From Rebecca billardiae RCC1528 (taxonomy: Eukaryota > Protista > Haptophyta), in the NCBI GenBank assembly GCA_965240325.2, contig OZ251232.1, forward strand, positions 2,170,001-2,234,000: a DNA stretch of 64,000 nucleotides. The letters run 5' to 3'. A program made the translations under genes and the position numbers. Shown in pieces: positions 42,520-54,666 of this stretch (position 1 is the first letter of the stretch; each line of letters starts with the position of its first letter). The notes beneath the pieces were generated by a model. That model ran no database searches. It was given only the letters and a program-made list of their open reading frames with translations, and was not told the DNA's origin.

Positions 42520-45051
42520 ATGCAGCCGGGTACGTCTTTGCCGTTCGCGCGCAAAACCGGTGGTGCATCCCGAGGCGAATGGCGGTGCTTTTCGCGGTGC
42601 TCGTGCAAGCTGCTGGCGGCCGCACGGGGCCGCCGATGCACCGGGCGGCACTGCCACCCCTCGCCACCGTCGTCCCCACCGCCGCCGCCGTACACGCCCG
42701 CCCCGCCGCCGCTGTATGACCGCGGCGACGTGGAGTGCTACACGCGCGCCGACCACGCTGACTACCGCGGCCTCAAGAACGTGACGCACCGCGGGCTCAC
42801 GTGCCAGCGCTGGAGCGAGCAGAGCCCGCACGAGCACGACATGCTGCCCGAGCTCCACCCGGGCGAGGGCCTGGGCCACCACAACTACTGCCGCGCGCCC
42901 GGCATGCTCGGGCGCTCGTGCGCTTACTGCTTCACCACCGACCCGCACATGAAATGGGACTGCTGCGACATCGGCAAGCCAGCGAGCGCCTGCCCGGGGC
43001 CGCAGCCGCCGTCGCCGCCGCTGCCGCCGCCCTCGCCGCCCTCGTCGCCGCCGCCGCCCTCGCCCTCGCCGCCGCCCTCGCCCTCGCCGCCGCACCGGCT
43101 CGGCGGCGCGCGGCCGCCCGGCGGCGGGGCCAGCTCTGGATGGCCCGGCGACCCGCGGCGACCGTGGCTGCCAGTGGGAGGGCTGCCGTCGGGGCAGCGG
43201 CCGGGGCACCCCGGCACGCCGGCGCACCCGCCGCGCCGCCGCCGCCGCCGCCTCTCGCCGCCGCCGCCGCTGCTCTCCCCGCCGCCCCCGCCGCCGCTCG
43301 CGCCGCCGCCGCCGCCGTCGCCGCCCGACCCGCGCGAATGCTACGTGCGCACAGACTTGAGCGACTACCGCGGGCACAAGGCGCGCACGGCGTGGGGGTA
43401 CACGTGCGTGGCGTGGGCCGAGGCGGCCCCCGCGCACGGCTGGAGCCTCGCCGATCACCCGCACGCCGACCTGCGCCAGAACTACTGCCGCCGACCCTTC
43501 GGCACGCGCTGCGCGTGGTGCTACACTGCCGAGAGGCACAAGCGTGACTGGGACTGCTGCGAGGTGGGCGCGCCCCAGCGGCGGTGCGAGCACAACTCGC
43601 CGCCGCCGACGCCGCCGCCGCCGAGCCCGCCGTACCCGCCGCCCGCCGCGCCCTCGCCGCCGCCCGCCGCGCCGCCGCCCTCGCCGCCGCCCGCCGCGCC
43701 CTCGCCGCCGCCCGCGCCGCCGCCGCCCGCCGCGCCGCCGCCGCCGACGCACCAGCTTTGCTTCACGTGCAAGCACGTCGAACGTGGGCCTCACGCCGAG
43801 TGCTACACTCAGAACGACGCGTCGGACTATCGCGGCCACGTGGCGCGCACGGCGCGCGGGCGCGCGTGCGAGGCGTGGACCGACGCGTTCGCGCGGCTGC
43901 GCCGCGAGCGCGACGCGGCGGACGCGGCGGACGCGGCGGACGAGGCGGACTGGAAGGCGCGCCACCCGGGCCGCCGCTATCGCAAGCCCCGGCGGCGCGA
44001 GCCGCCACCGCTGTACGACCCGGCGGCGCGCGCGGCGGACGGGCTCGGCGCGCACAACTACTGCCGCGCGCCGGGCGGCTCGCACCACTGCGCGTGGTGT
44101 TACACCGGCCCGACTGAGCGCGGCAACGACTGGGACTGCTGCTCCATCGGCGTGCCCGCGTTCGAGTGCCGTGACCCGTCACCGCCGCCGCCGCCCGCGC
44201 CGCCGAGCCCGCCCGCGCGCCCGCCGAGCCCGCCGCCACGCCCGCCGCCGCCCTCGCCGAGCCCGCCGCCACGCCCGCCGCCGCCGGCCCCGCCGCCGCC
44301 GCCGCCGCCACCCTTCCCCAGCGCGCCGCCGCCCGCGCCGCCGCCCTCGCCCAGCCCGCCGTCGCCGAGCCCGGCGCCGCCCGCCTCGCCGCCGCCGCCG
44401 CGCCCGCCGCCCTCGCCCGCGCCCGCGCCGCCGAGCCTGCCGCCGCCGCCCTCGCCGCGCCCGCCGCCGCCCAGCCCGGCGCCGAGCCCGCCAAAGCCGC
44501 CGCCCTCGCCGCCGCCGCCCGACGAGTCCGAGTGCTACAACGCGCACACCGCCGAGGACTACCGCGGCAGCGTCAACGTGACGGTGTGGGGCCGCAGCTG
44601 CCGCGCGTGGACCGCCGCCGAGCGCCGAAAGTACCCGGGCGCCGACCTGGACGGCAACTACTGCCGCCACCCGTGGGGCCGGATCCGCTGCGCCTGGTGC
44701 TACTACGACGAGGAGGACGGGCCGTCGGAGAAGCGCCGTCGGGAGTCGAGGGACGACGCGGGGCAGCTGTACGACTGCTGCGAGGTGGGGTACCCCGCCT
44801 TCACGCCGTGCGCGATGGCGACCGCCACGCGCGCCGCCGTCGCGCGCTCGCGGCTCGCGCCCGGCGCGCTGAGCTCTGAGCGGACGGGCGCGCTCCGGGC
44901 GCGCGGGCGTGGCTCGTCCTCGGCGGCGCGCCGAGTCTGGCTGGCGGGCGCGCTCGCGCTCGCGATGGGCGCGGCGCTCTTCGCAGGCCGACGAGCGGCG
45001 CATCGCGCGCGCTGTCGCGCGCAGCACTCACCCGAGTCCAGACTGCTGTAG
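42520..45051 (+). CDS. Type I membrane protein with four kringle domains separated by Ser-Pro(n) extensin-like linkers
   Basis: Four ECY...DYRG...C..W...NYCR.P...C...CC units; SPPPP tracts; C-terminal TM VWLAGALALAMGAALFAG. The true start may be 42579 (see findings). Confidence 0.85.
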   Translation: MQPGTSLPFARKTGGASRGEWRCFSRCSCKLLAAARGRRCTGRHCHPSPPSSPPPPPYTPAPPPLYDRGDVECYTRADHADYRGLKNVTHRGLTCQRWSEQSPHEHDMLPELHPGEGLGHHNYCRAPGMLGRSCAYCFTTDPHMKWDCCDIGKPASACPGPQPPSPPLPPPSPPSSPPPPSPSPPPSPSPPHRLGGARPPGGGASSGWPGDPRRPWLPVGGLPSGQRPGHPGTPAHPPRRRRRRLSPPPPLLSPPPPPPLAPPPPPSPPDPRECYVRTDLSDYRGHKARTAWGYTCVAWAEAAPAHGWSLADHPHADLRQNYCRRPFGTRCAWCYTAERHKRDWDCCEVGAPQRRCEHNSPPPTPPPPSPPYPPPAAPSPPPAAPPPSPPPAAPSPPPAPPPPAAPPPPTHQLCFTCKHVERGPHAECYTQNDASDYRGHVARTARGRACEAWTDAFARLRRERDAADAADAADEADWKARHPGRRYRKPRRREPPPLYDPAARAADGLGAHNYCRAPGGSHHCAWCYTGPTERGNDWDCCSIGVPAFECRDPSPPPPPAPPSPPARPPSPPPRPPPPSPSPPPRPPPPAPPPPPPPPFPSAPPPAPPPSPSPPSPSPAPPASPPPPRPPPSPAPAPPSLPPPPSPRPPPPSPAPSPPKPPPSPPPPDESECYNAHTAEDYRGSVNVTVWGRSCRAWTAAERRKYPGADLDGNYCRHPWGRIRCAWCYYDEEDGPSEKRRRESRDDAGQLYDCCEVGYPAFTPCAMATATRAAVARSRLAPGALSSERTGALRARGRGSSSAARRVWLAGALALAMGAALFAGRRAAHRARCRAQHSPESRLL

Positions 45052-45326
45052 TGACGGTGTGACGAGCTATCACGTCAGCCATCAGGCCGCGACGCTGTGC
45101 GACGACGGCCGTCGCTCGGCGTGGAGTGCCTGCCGCCTGCCGGCGCCGGCGCCCGCACGCGGCACGGCCACGCGGGACTCGCCTGGCGGTGGGAGAGCTG
45201 GCTTAGAGGCGGACGGCTGGCCCGCTATTTAGACGAGATTCACATCTCGCAATTAATGCGACAAAAAACCGCCGCTCTGGTGGCGAGCTGCCGAAGTCGG
45301 CCTGCTCTCGCTCGCGCTCGGCATCA

Positions 45327-46366
45327 ATGCGGCTGCTGTCGGTGACGCTCCTGCTCGCGGCAGTCGCCCATGCGAGCGCATTCGCGCACGCGGGCGCGCG
45401 GGCGGTCGCACGCCCGACCGTGCGCACGAGCGCGGTCGCCATGCGCCTCGGCGGTGGCAAGGCCGGCGGCAGCTTTTTCGGCCGCATCGGCAGCAGCGCG
45501 CGCAAGTCGTGGCCGTCAGTGCGGCGGGGGAGCAGCGAGGGCGGTGCGGTCGGCGGCGGTGGCGGCGATGGTGTGAGCGGCTCGTCCGGATCGAGCGCAT
45601 CCGACGACTCCTCCGACAAGGGGCCGCTCGGCAGCATCTGGGCGGGCTACAACTCGATGCTCGACAGCCAGCCGCTGCTGACTAAGGCACTCACCTCCTT
45701 CACCGGCTTCGCCATCGGCGATCTGCTCGTGCAGTTCTTCATCGAGAAGAAGGAGGATTTCGATTGGATGCGCTTCCTGCGCTTCACCTCGTTCGGCTTC
45801 CTCGTCCACGGTCCGTTCCGCCGACCGCGCGCGCGCGCGCAGACGGCTGGTCAGTTGGCGGGCTCACGCGCCGGCACGCGTCGCGCGCGCGCGCAGGCCC
45901 GACCGGCCACTGGTTCTACGGCAACCTCGACTCGCTCATCCCTGGCGCGACGGCGCGCAAGGTCTTCACGAAGGTCTTCATCGACCAGGTGCGCGCCCGC
46001 CCAGCTCGCAGCGCAGCTAGCCCGCCGCCGCGCGCCACGAGCGCGCGTGCCCGCCGCTGAGCGTGGGCGTGCCCGCGCGCCCACCTGCCTGCACTGCCGC
46101 TCGGCGCGCAGGTGCTGTGGAACCCGATCTTCGGCATCATGTTCTTCGGGTACATGGCGGCGGCGGAGGGCAAGGGCCCGATGCTCGTGGCCAAGCGCGT
46201 GAAGAACGAGCTCATGACGCAGGTGACCGGCTCGTGGAAGGTGTGGCCTCTCGCGCACGCCATCAACTTCGCCTTCATCCCGACGCAGCAGCGGATCCTC
46301 TACATCAACTCGATCCAGATCGGGTACAACATGTTCCTCTCGGTGATCGGCAACCGCGGCGCCTGA
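45327..46366 (+). CDS. Mpv17/PMP22 family membrane protein with N-terminal signal/transit peptide (3 exons)
   Basis: PLLTKALTS, GDLLVQ, HGPTGHWFY, KVFIDQ, WKVWPLAHAINFAFIP; introns 45811-45896 and 45989-46111. Confidence 0.92.
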
Positions 46367-49049
46367 GCGCGTCAGGGCAGGCTGCGCCGCCGAACGCGTT
46401 GAAGGCGCGCGGCCAAGCAGCAAGGCGCAAGCCACTGGGCCGGCGCGGGAATCAAAAGACTGTGATGATGCGGCGGGCATCCGCCATATAAATCAGCGGA
46501 GCCGGCGGCCGAGCCGGCGAGGCCCGCGGGAGTCGGACTGCAAGACGAGCGGCCAGCGGCCGGTCGCGACTCGGTGCCGGCTCGGTCAGGCCTCTGGCGG
46601 CTCCCGACGGCCGAGGCCCGGCCCCCGGAGGGGCGAGGCTCGGTCCCGGACCCGGGCCGGGGCCCGGCCGACGGGCCGCGCCGCCGGCGCTGACCGGGCG
46701 CGGACGGCGGGGCGGCCGAGCGGCGCGGCAGCGCGCGGCCACCGTGCCCGTGGCCGTGCCGGCCCGTGGCCGTGGCATCATCGCGGGGGTGATCACGAAG
46801 TCCTACTGGGTTCACGCCTGGTGATCCGGCCGCGGCGCGGCGGCAGAGGCAGAGACGAGTGTAATCGACTAAAGACCGGTGAATCCGCGGATGCCAGCAG
46901 AAATAAGAGCCGCAGCGCTATAAGTATAACGCGCCGGCCCGCGGGGCGGCCGCGGTCGCGCACTGCCACTCGCGCCGGTCGGCGTCGCCGTCGTCGCCCG
47001 AGTTATATGCCACTTATGGCCGGCCGATCCGCATAACACTTAACAGCGCTAGCGTCCGTCGTCCGATGGCGATGCTAATGGTCCATACGGATTACGACCG
47101 CCGATTACGGAGTCGTAGACACGTAGCGTTACTCGGTATTAGTTGACGACAATGCGCTAGTAGTACTGCCGATTGCATGATGAGCCATATAAGCATATAT
47201 TATTTGGGCGGCATTAATTTGCGGGCCATGATTCGACAAGCTGTCAAGCTCTGCCACAGTGCCAGTGAGTCTGATCACGGACGCGCGCGGATTTTTTTTT
47301 ACGATACTTTCAGGCCATCGCTGCGTCATGCCGCATGCGTGACTTGGCAGATCCGCGCCGCACGGGCCGGCGCCTCAGGCCGCAGGGCGGAGCGTGAGCG
47401 CCACCAATATTGAGAGACGAACGATCGAGCAGCCAGCCAGCACGCAGCAGCAGAGAGACGTCCCCAATGACAGGCGGCGACAGTACTCAGTAGCCCGACA
47501 CTGACAGCCTGCGAGCGTGGCGTCTCCCCAAACTCAAAGTCCCGACGAAGGCCCTCAAGCTCAGTCACTAAATTGCCTCTTGCCGCGCGCGCTGACGCGG
47601 CGCCCTCGCCGCCGCGCGGGTCATTAGGCCGGGGAGTCCGAGTCGGCGTCGGCACTGGGCCGCACGGGCCTGCCCCTGGGCGTCTGACTGGAGTCTGCTG
47701 GGCTCGGCGCCAGCCAACCTCCACGTCGGCAGCGGCGCGGATGATGCCGACCATGCTCGCGCCGCTGCAGTCTGCACTGCTCCGTCCCGGGCGGCGTCCG
47801 AGCGGAGCCGATGGCCAGCGCAAGCCGGCCAGCGACGCGACGGAAGCACTCCACGCTGCCTCAAGCCTGCGCAGCCGCAGCGCACGAGCAGCTACCACCC
47901 CCGTCGCTTCAGCAGTGGCAGCAAGGGGCTTACAAAATACCACTGCGTCTCTTATTCTTACAGGTGGATACGGGCTAACTGGACACAGGGGCTATCTGGA
48001 CACTCAGCGGGCGACAGCCTCGTGGCGAGGGCTCGTGGGCGAACGAGCACGAGCGCCCAATGGCGGGTCGCCACGACGGCGCACGATGTTCGCTCGACTC
48101 ACCTGGTCGTGGGACGTCGTCTGCGCACGCGCCAGGTCGCGCTTCTCGCCGCCTTCGCCTTGTTTCGTGAGTCCCGCGCACAAGGCCGAAAGCCAGCGTT
48201 TCAAGCCGCAAGACGCGTGCGCGGACTCAGGAAGGGCGGACTCCGAGGCAAGGCGCGGTTGCGCTGGCGTGGGTAGGTCCCTGAGCAACCGTCCGAGCCG
48301 CTGCACACGCTTTTCCTCTGCGCGCGCGTCTCTGAGCTCGATTCCCATGCCTCAGCCAGTGCCAGGGGCTAATTGGACAGTGCCATTGCCCATTGCGGCC
48401 GCCACGCGCGGAGACGGGCCCGCCTGCGCAGCGCAGAAAGCGCGCTGCGGCGCAACCAGGGAGCCCCTGAACTGAAACTGGTGAAGTCCGTCCCTGGCGC
48501 CCCTTTGACCCCAATGCTCCCAGAGAGGCCTCCGCGTGAGTTGGGTCGGCCACTGTCCAGTTCACCCGTACAGTATCCGCCTGTACTCGCAAATGCATGC
48601 GTATAATATCATGCACATATGGCCAATTATCGGCCGAGGCGTCGTAAATCGTAATCGGTCCCGATGATGATATCGACTCCTTCGACTTCAACATAATAGT
48701 TATGGGCGCGCCATCGTAAGGTATGTGTAGCGGCAACTCCTTTCAGTATAATATGAGACCACCGAAGCGGTTTTAAACATTTTGGCCCCTCGAGTCCTCG
48801 ACTTCTCCACAATTAGTCACGTCAAATTCCCGCAAGCCCTGAAGCAACGACAATAATGACACGACGAAGCAGGCACAAGTTTGCAGCACCTCCGCGTACC
48901 CGCTCATTTGCGCCTGCGTCATATTCGCCGAAGCCCCCTTCGCTGCGCCCAGCGCTAAAGTACGGTACACACGCGAGGTGTTATTTGTAGCCCGGGCGCG
49001 ACGGAGCCTCTCAGCAGGTTCTCAATCATAGCGGCCGTGGTGTGCCACG

Positions 49050-52000
49050 ATGCTGCCGGCGCTAAGGCGACGACCAGCGCGCGGCGGGGGCCTGGTCATT
49101 GTCACTGATCCTGGTACGCTCTCTTGCCAGCCGTCGCGCGCGCGCAGGGGCGCGCGCTCGGGCGCGTGCGTGTGCGTGTCAACTGGAGCGCTCACGACGT
49201 GCCGCCCGCGCGCCGCGCGCGCGTCCCTCCGCCGCAGGCCCTGATCCCGATGACGTCAAATGTGCGCGCGGATCGGCACGCTCGCGAGTGCTCCGCGATG
49301 CGCACCAGCGCGGCGCGGCGCGCGCTGGCCGGCCGTGCGCCTTGCGCGCGCGCGCGCGCGCGCGCCGATCGCCCACCCGTGCCACGCCCGCGCCCCGCGC
49401 GCCCGCCCCGCCTGCCTCGCTCGTCGCAGCGCTGCTCATCGCGAGCGTGCTCCACCGGCAGGGCGATCTGCAGCTGCGCGCGGTCATCTGCAACGGCGGG
49501 CAGCAGCAGACGCAGCGCGCCGCCCTCGCGCGCTGCATCCTCGACAAGCTCGGCCTGCCCGCCGTGCCGGTAGGCGTCGGCACGGCGGGCAAGGCATATG
49601 CCGCGCGGCCGCACGAGTTCAGGCTGCTTGGCGCGGCGCTCGACGACGTGGACCTCTCGCGGCTGGAGGAGGGCGCGCCGCTCTTCCGCCGCGTGCTCGC
49701 CGACGCGCCCCCCAAATCCATCACCGTCCTCTGCATCAGCAGCCTGCGCGACTTTGCCGACCAGATCAGCGCGGACGCCGAGCTCGTGCTGACGAAGGTG
49801 AGGGAGGTGGCGGTGCAGGGCGGGCTCGAGTGGAGCGAGGCGGAGCGGCGCTGGGTGCCGGACACCAGGTGCGCGCCGCGCGGCCGCGCGCCGCGCGACG
49901 CCCGCCGGCCGCGAGCGGCTGCCGCGCGCGCGCGCGCGCGGCCGCGCTCGGCTGTCGCGCTCGGCGGCTCGTCGCGTCCTGACACGCGTGTCGCGCGCCC
50001 GTGCGCCGCGCGCGCCGCGGCGAGCAGCGTGAACAACACGTTTGACATGGAGGGCGCGGACCGCGTGTACTCCTTCTGCTTCGAGCGGCACGTCCCCTTG
50101 GCCGTCGTCTCGCGCGACGCGGTGCCGATGCTGCCGATGCAGGTGCGCTCTCGCGCGCCGGCGCGGCGCTGCGGGCCGCCGCGCGAGGCGCGCCGCGCGC
50201 GCCGCGCGCGCCGCGCGCGCCGCGCGCGCCGCTCGCGTGCCGCGCCGCCGCGGCTGCCGCGCGCCGTGGCGCCGAGCTGAGCGGCGGCCGCGCGCGCGCG
50301 CGCGCCCGCCCCTCGCGCCCCGACCACCGCGCAGCTCGCAAAGTCCTTCGCCGTGCGCACGCGCGACCCCATTATGACCTACTTAGCGGACGCGCAGTTT
50401 CTGGGTCTCGAGGGTTTGTGGCGAAAGCTGTGCGCGGGCGAGCTGCCCGCGCGCTGCACGAAGCAGTGGTACTTCGCGACGTTCTGCGGCACGGACGCGG
50501 AGGCGTTCGAGCGCGAGGGCCACGAGAGCCTCGACGCGCGCGCGGACATCGTGCGCCACCTCAACGGATTCGTCAAACCGTGCGCGCGCGCGCGCGCGCG
50601 CGCGCCAGCCACGAGCACGCACGGAGCAACCGCTCCCTGCGGCCGCCGCGAGGCGCCGCCGCGCGCTGTGCGGCGGCTGCCGCGAGCACGCAGGGAGCGG
50701 CCGCGCAGCGCGCGTCGGCGCCGGCGCGCGGCGCGCGCGCGCTCACGCGCCCACCCGCGCGCGCGCGTCTCGGCCCCTCGCAGGTACGACGTGGTCGCGC
50801 TGATGACGGTGCTGCCACACACGCGCAACTTCTTCCCACAGCCCGCGCCCGGCTTTGGGCGCGCGCTGCGCATCTACTCGCGCGCCGAGCACGCGGTGGA
50901 CACCGCGCACGTGCTCAAGCTCCTGCGGGACACGTACCACGAGGTGGTGCTGATGGTGCAGGACTGCAGCGCGTCGGAGCAGCCGCTCTCCGGCGCGGGG
51001 AGCCCGCGAAGCGGCGGCGGCGGGAGCATGACTCGGCCCGCGCCGCGCTCGCGGCTCGCCAGGCTGGGCGGCGGCGCGGGCAGCTGGCACGCGCGCGGCG
51101 GCGCGGGCACGGCGCCGGGCGGCGGCGGCGCGGGCGGCAGCGGCGGCTCCAAGGCCTCGCGCGTGCACCCGTGCCTCGCCGCCGGCCCGGAGCGGGGCCT
51201 CTCGGAAGCATCGTCCGGCGCGGAGCACGCGCGGAATTCGGCCTCACGGCCCGGCGCGATCGATCAGAGGATGCGCGTCCAAGTCGCCGCGCCGCAGCAG
51301 CCGCCGGGCGGCAGCCAGCACCAGATGAACCAGGCGCAGCAGCAGCAGCTGCAGAGCCTGTTCCAGCAGCACTCGCAGTACACGTCGGACGACGAGGGCG
51401 AGCCCTACCTCTCGCCCGTGCGCCGCCGGCTGCACTCCGCCTCGGCGGCGGTGAGCGGCGGGCTGCGTCTCGAGCCGTCGTCCGGAGGCCCCGATCGCGA
51501 TCGGCCGGACCGCTCGTCGCGCGCGCGCTGCTCGCTGTTTTCGTCCGACTCGATCATCCTCGGCTCGCCGTCGATGCAGCCGACGGCGGCGGCGGGCGGC
51601 GGCGCGGCGGGCGAGGCGGCGGCGGACGCGGAGGCGCGGCAGCGCTCGAGCGTCTCGGGACGGACGGAGGAGGAGGAGGGGGAGGAGGGCGAAGGATCTC
51701 ACAGGCTGCCTTCCCCGCTGCTCGGCGGCGGCGGCCAGCCGCGCGCCGCCAGCCCGGCGTCGCCCGCGCGCGCGCGCTCGCGCTCGAGCGTCGAGCCCTC
51801 CGCCGCGGGCGCGCGCCGCTTCGACGTGGGCGCGCGCCAGCGCTCGCGCTCGAGCGCCGAAGGCATGGGCGCGGCGTGCGCCGAGCTCTCCGCCGCGGCG
51901 GAGGAGGGCGCGCTGGGCGGCGGCGGCGCGCGCGCGCTCTTTCGGCGGGACGAGTCGGCGTCGTCCAACGGCTCGTCGTCCGCCACGCCGATCGCCACGC

Positions 52001-54666
52001 CGCTGGGCACGCGCCGCCGGCTGCGCGGGCCCTCGCTCAGCACCGTCTTCACCTCCACCGGCTCCTTCTCGCCGCCGCCCGGCGGCGGCGGCCGCGTGCT
52101 CACTCGCGGCGCGCGGCAGCGGGAGGTGCGGCTACGCACCCTGGTGACGATGCTGGAACGTGCGGTCGCGCAGGCGTCGCGCGCAGAGTACAGGCTCGCG
52201 GTGGGCTCGATCTTCGCGTCGTGCTGCCTGCTCGCGTGCGCCGGCGTGCTCTTCGCGCTCAGCCGCTGGGCCGCGACGCTCTCCCTCGACGCCTCCGGCG
52301 CAGCGGTGCCGCTCCACGACGCCGCGGCGTCGACGTTGTATCTCGCTTTCGGGATGGCCGTCGTCTCCCTGCACCCCACGTCGGCGTTTCGCCGGCTGGT
52401 GCGCGCGGTGGCGTGCGGGCTGGTGTGCGCGAACGGCGTCGCGCTCGGCGTGCTGCTGCTCGTGCTCGCGCGCGACGACGACGTCGACGCGCTCGAGCGC
52501 GCGCTCGGGGCGCCTGAGCCGCGCGTGGCGGCGGCGGTCGGCGCCGCGCGCATTGCGGTCGTCGCGAGCACTCTCGCTTGGCTGGGCTGCGCGCTGAGTA
52601 CGCGGTGGGCGCACACGCAGCGGCTGCTGCTGTGGCTCGTGCTCGCGGTGGGCGCGTCCGCGGGCGCGGAGGGCGTGCTCACGCTCACGCTGCGCGGCTC
52701 GTCCGGCGCGGCGTTCGGCGGCGCCGGCCGCGCCGTCGCCCTCTCGAGCTGGCTCCGCACGAGCACGCAAGGGGTGGTAGCGCTACTGCTGCTCTGGGGA
52801 CGCGCGCGCTCGGCGGCGCGCGCGGCGCTCAACGCGTGCGTGCGCAGGGGCGGCGGGCGCGGCGCGCACGACGGCTCGCTCGCGCCGCTCGCGCCGCTGC
52901 TCGGCTACGGCACCGCGCACGTCTCCCTGCCCGCCGCCCTCGTCTCCAGCGCAGACGCGCTCTTCCGCGCCGCGACTCTCGACAGCGCCGGACTCGACGC
53001 GATGCGGGATGAGTGGGCGAGTCCTGGCGGCGGCTCTTTTTTCAAGACGCACGGGGCGGAGGCGCGGTGGCGCGAGGCGCTGCCGAGCGAGCAGCAGGCG
53101 CCCGCCGCGGGCCGCCGGCGCATGCCCAGCCGCGGCACCTCCACCGACCTCTTCGGCCCCTCCGCCGCCGCGCTCAACTCATCGCCGCCGCCGCCGCCGC
53201 AGCAGCCGGCGGCGGCGGCGGCGGCTGCGGCGCATCATGGCCGACAGTCGCACTCGAGGACGACGTGGCACGGCGATGGCACGGTGCCCGACGCGGTGCT
53301 CGAGGTGCTCACGCGCGGCGCGCGCGGGCCGCGGCGCACGACCGGCGAGTGTCGCCACTCGGAGGACGGATCCCCGGCCTCGCCCGCCAGCGTGACGAGG
53401 CACCCGGCCACGCCGGACGAGCCCGGCGGCGGCGCGGTGGCGCGCTCGCGCGTGCCGCAGCCGTCGACGCCGGACGGTCGCGGGCGGCTGCCGCCGCGCG
53501 TGGCGCGCAACATCTCGCCGCTGCGCTGGGCGGCGGCGCACTCCGCGCTCGAGCAGGGGCAGCCGGCGCAGCCGGGCTCGGCCCTCCGCCACTCCTCCGC
53601 CTCGCCGCGCCCGCCGCCGCCGCCGGAGCAGCACAGGCCGCCCTCCGAGTCTGTCTCGCGGGCATCTGTCTCGCGCGACGAGCCGCAGCCCGGTGGGTTG
53701 GCGCAGGGGCAGCGCTCGGCGGACGCGAGCATCCGCGGCGCGGTGAGCTCGCTCACCGAGGCGTCGTTCGGGCCGCTGGGCCACCGCGCCGAGTACTGCG
53801 TCGTGCACTCGCCCGCAGACAGCGCGGAGCACAAGCTCGGCGCGCTGCGCGCGTGGGCTCTGAGTCAGCCCAGCCCGCCGGTCGCGTGGGTGGACGCGCT
53901 GTGCGCCGACCTGTCGCTGCTCGACCACGAGCACCTGCCGCACATGCTCGCCAACATGCACGCGTGCCGCCGGCTGCTCCTGCTCGCGGGGCCGCAGCTC
54001 GCCGACAGTCTCTGGTGCGTCGCGCAGCTGTATGCATGGAGCGCCCTCGGCCGGTCGATCGATGACGTCGAGGTCGTGCTGGTCGCGCCGCAGCCGCCCG
54101 AGGCCGGCGCGGCGCACGGCGGCGCGGACGGCGCGCCGAGCGGCGGCGGCGCGGACGGCGGCGCCGACGGGTGCGGCGGCGCGGCGGCGGCCGCCGCCGC
54201 CGCCCCGACCGATCGGCGCGCCGCGCGCAAGTCGACGTCGCCCGGCGGCGCGGCGGAGCGCGGCGCGCGCCAGGCGGCAGAGTCCGAGCTGGCCGAGCAG
54301 AACATCCTCGCCGCCTTCGACGCGTTCGCCGTGCACTACGCGCGCGCCGCCGACTGCCCGCAGGAGGACGGCACACGGATCATCCACTCCGTCGAGCTCG
54401 CGAGCGCGTCCGCGTACAACGAGGTCGTGCGGCAGTACGTGCCGCTGATCCGGCGCGCGATCGACGACCGGCGCGCGGCGGCGCGGCAGCGCGCGGAGGG
54501 CGGCGCGGCGCGCGGCGCCGCGCTGGACGGGCCCGGCAGCGGCAGTAGCCCCTCGCCGCCCACGCCGCCGCTCTTCCCGACGGCCGCCGCCGAGCACTCG
54601 AACCATCGCACGCGGCTCGGGGCGGCGACCACGGCGCCGATGCCGCGCCGCTCGCCGGTCGACTGA
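49050..54666 (+). CDS. Nucleoside-hydrolase-like domain + ~6 TM helices + C-terminal TIR-like domain (6 exons)
   Basis: Introns 49114-49237, 49262-49429, 49869-50027, 50143-50334 and 50580-50783 give a continuous frame with IVTDPGPDPDDVK, VPVGVG, VAVQGG, SVNNTFD, KPYDVVAL; TM block ~52190-52800; TIR-like HS.AD...K...AW...WVDALC...CRRLLLLAG...LWCVAQL at ~53780-54450. Confidence 0.8.

Noticed and set aside
47326-48970. Several minus-strand ORFs of lower GC
   Set aside because: No recognisable motif, and I could not build a consistent spliced model; it may still be a gene.
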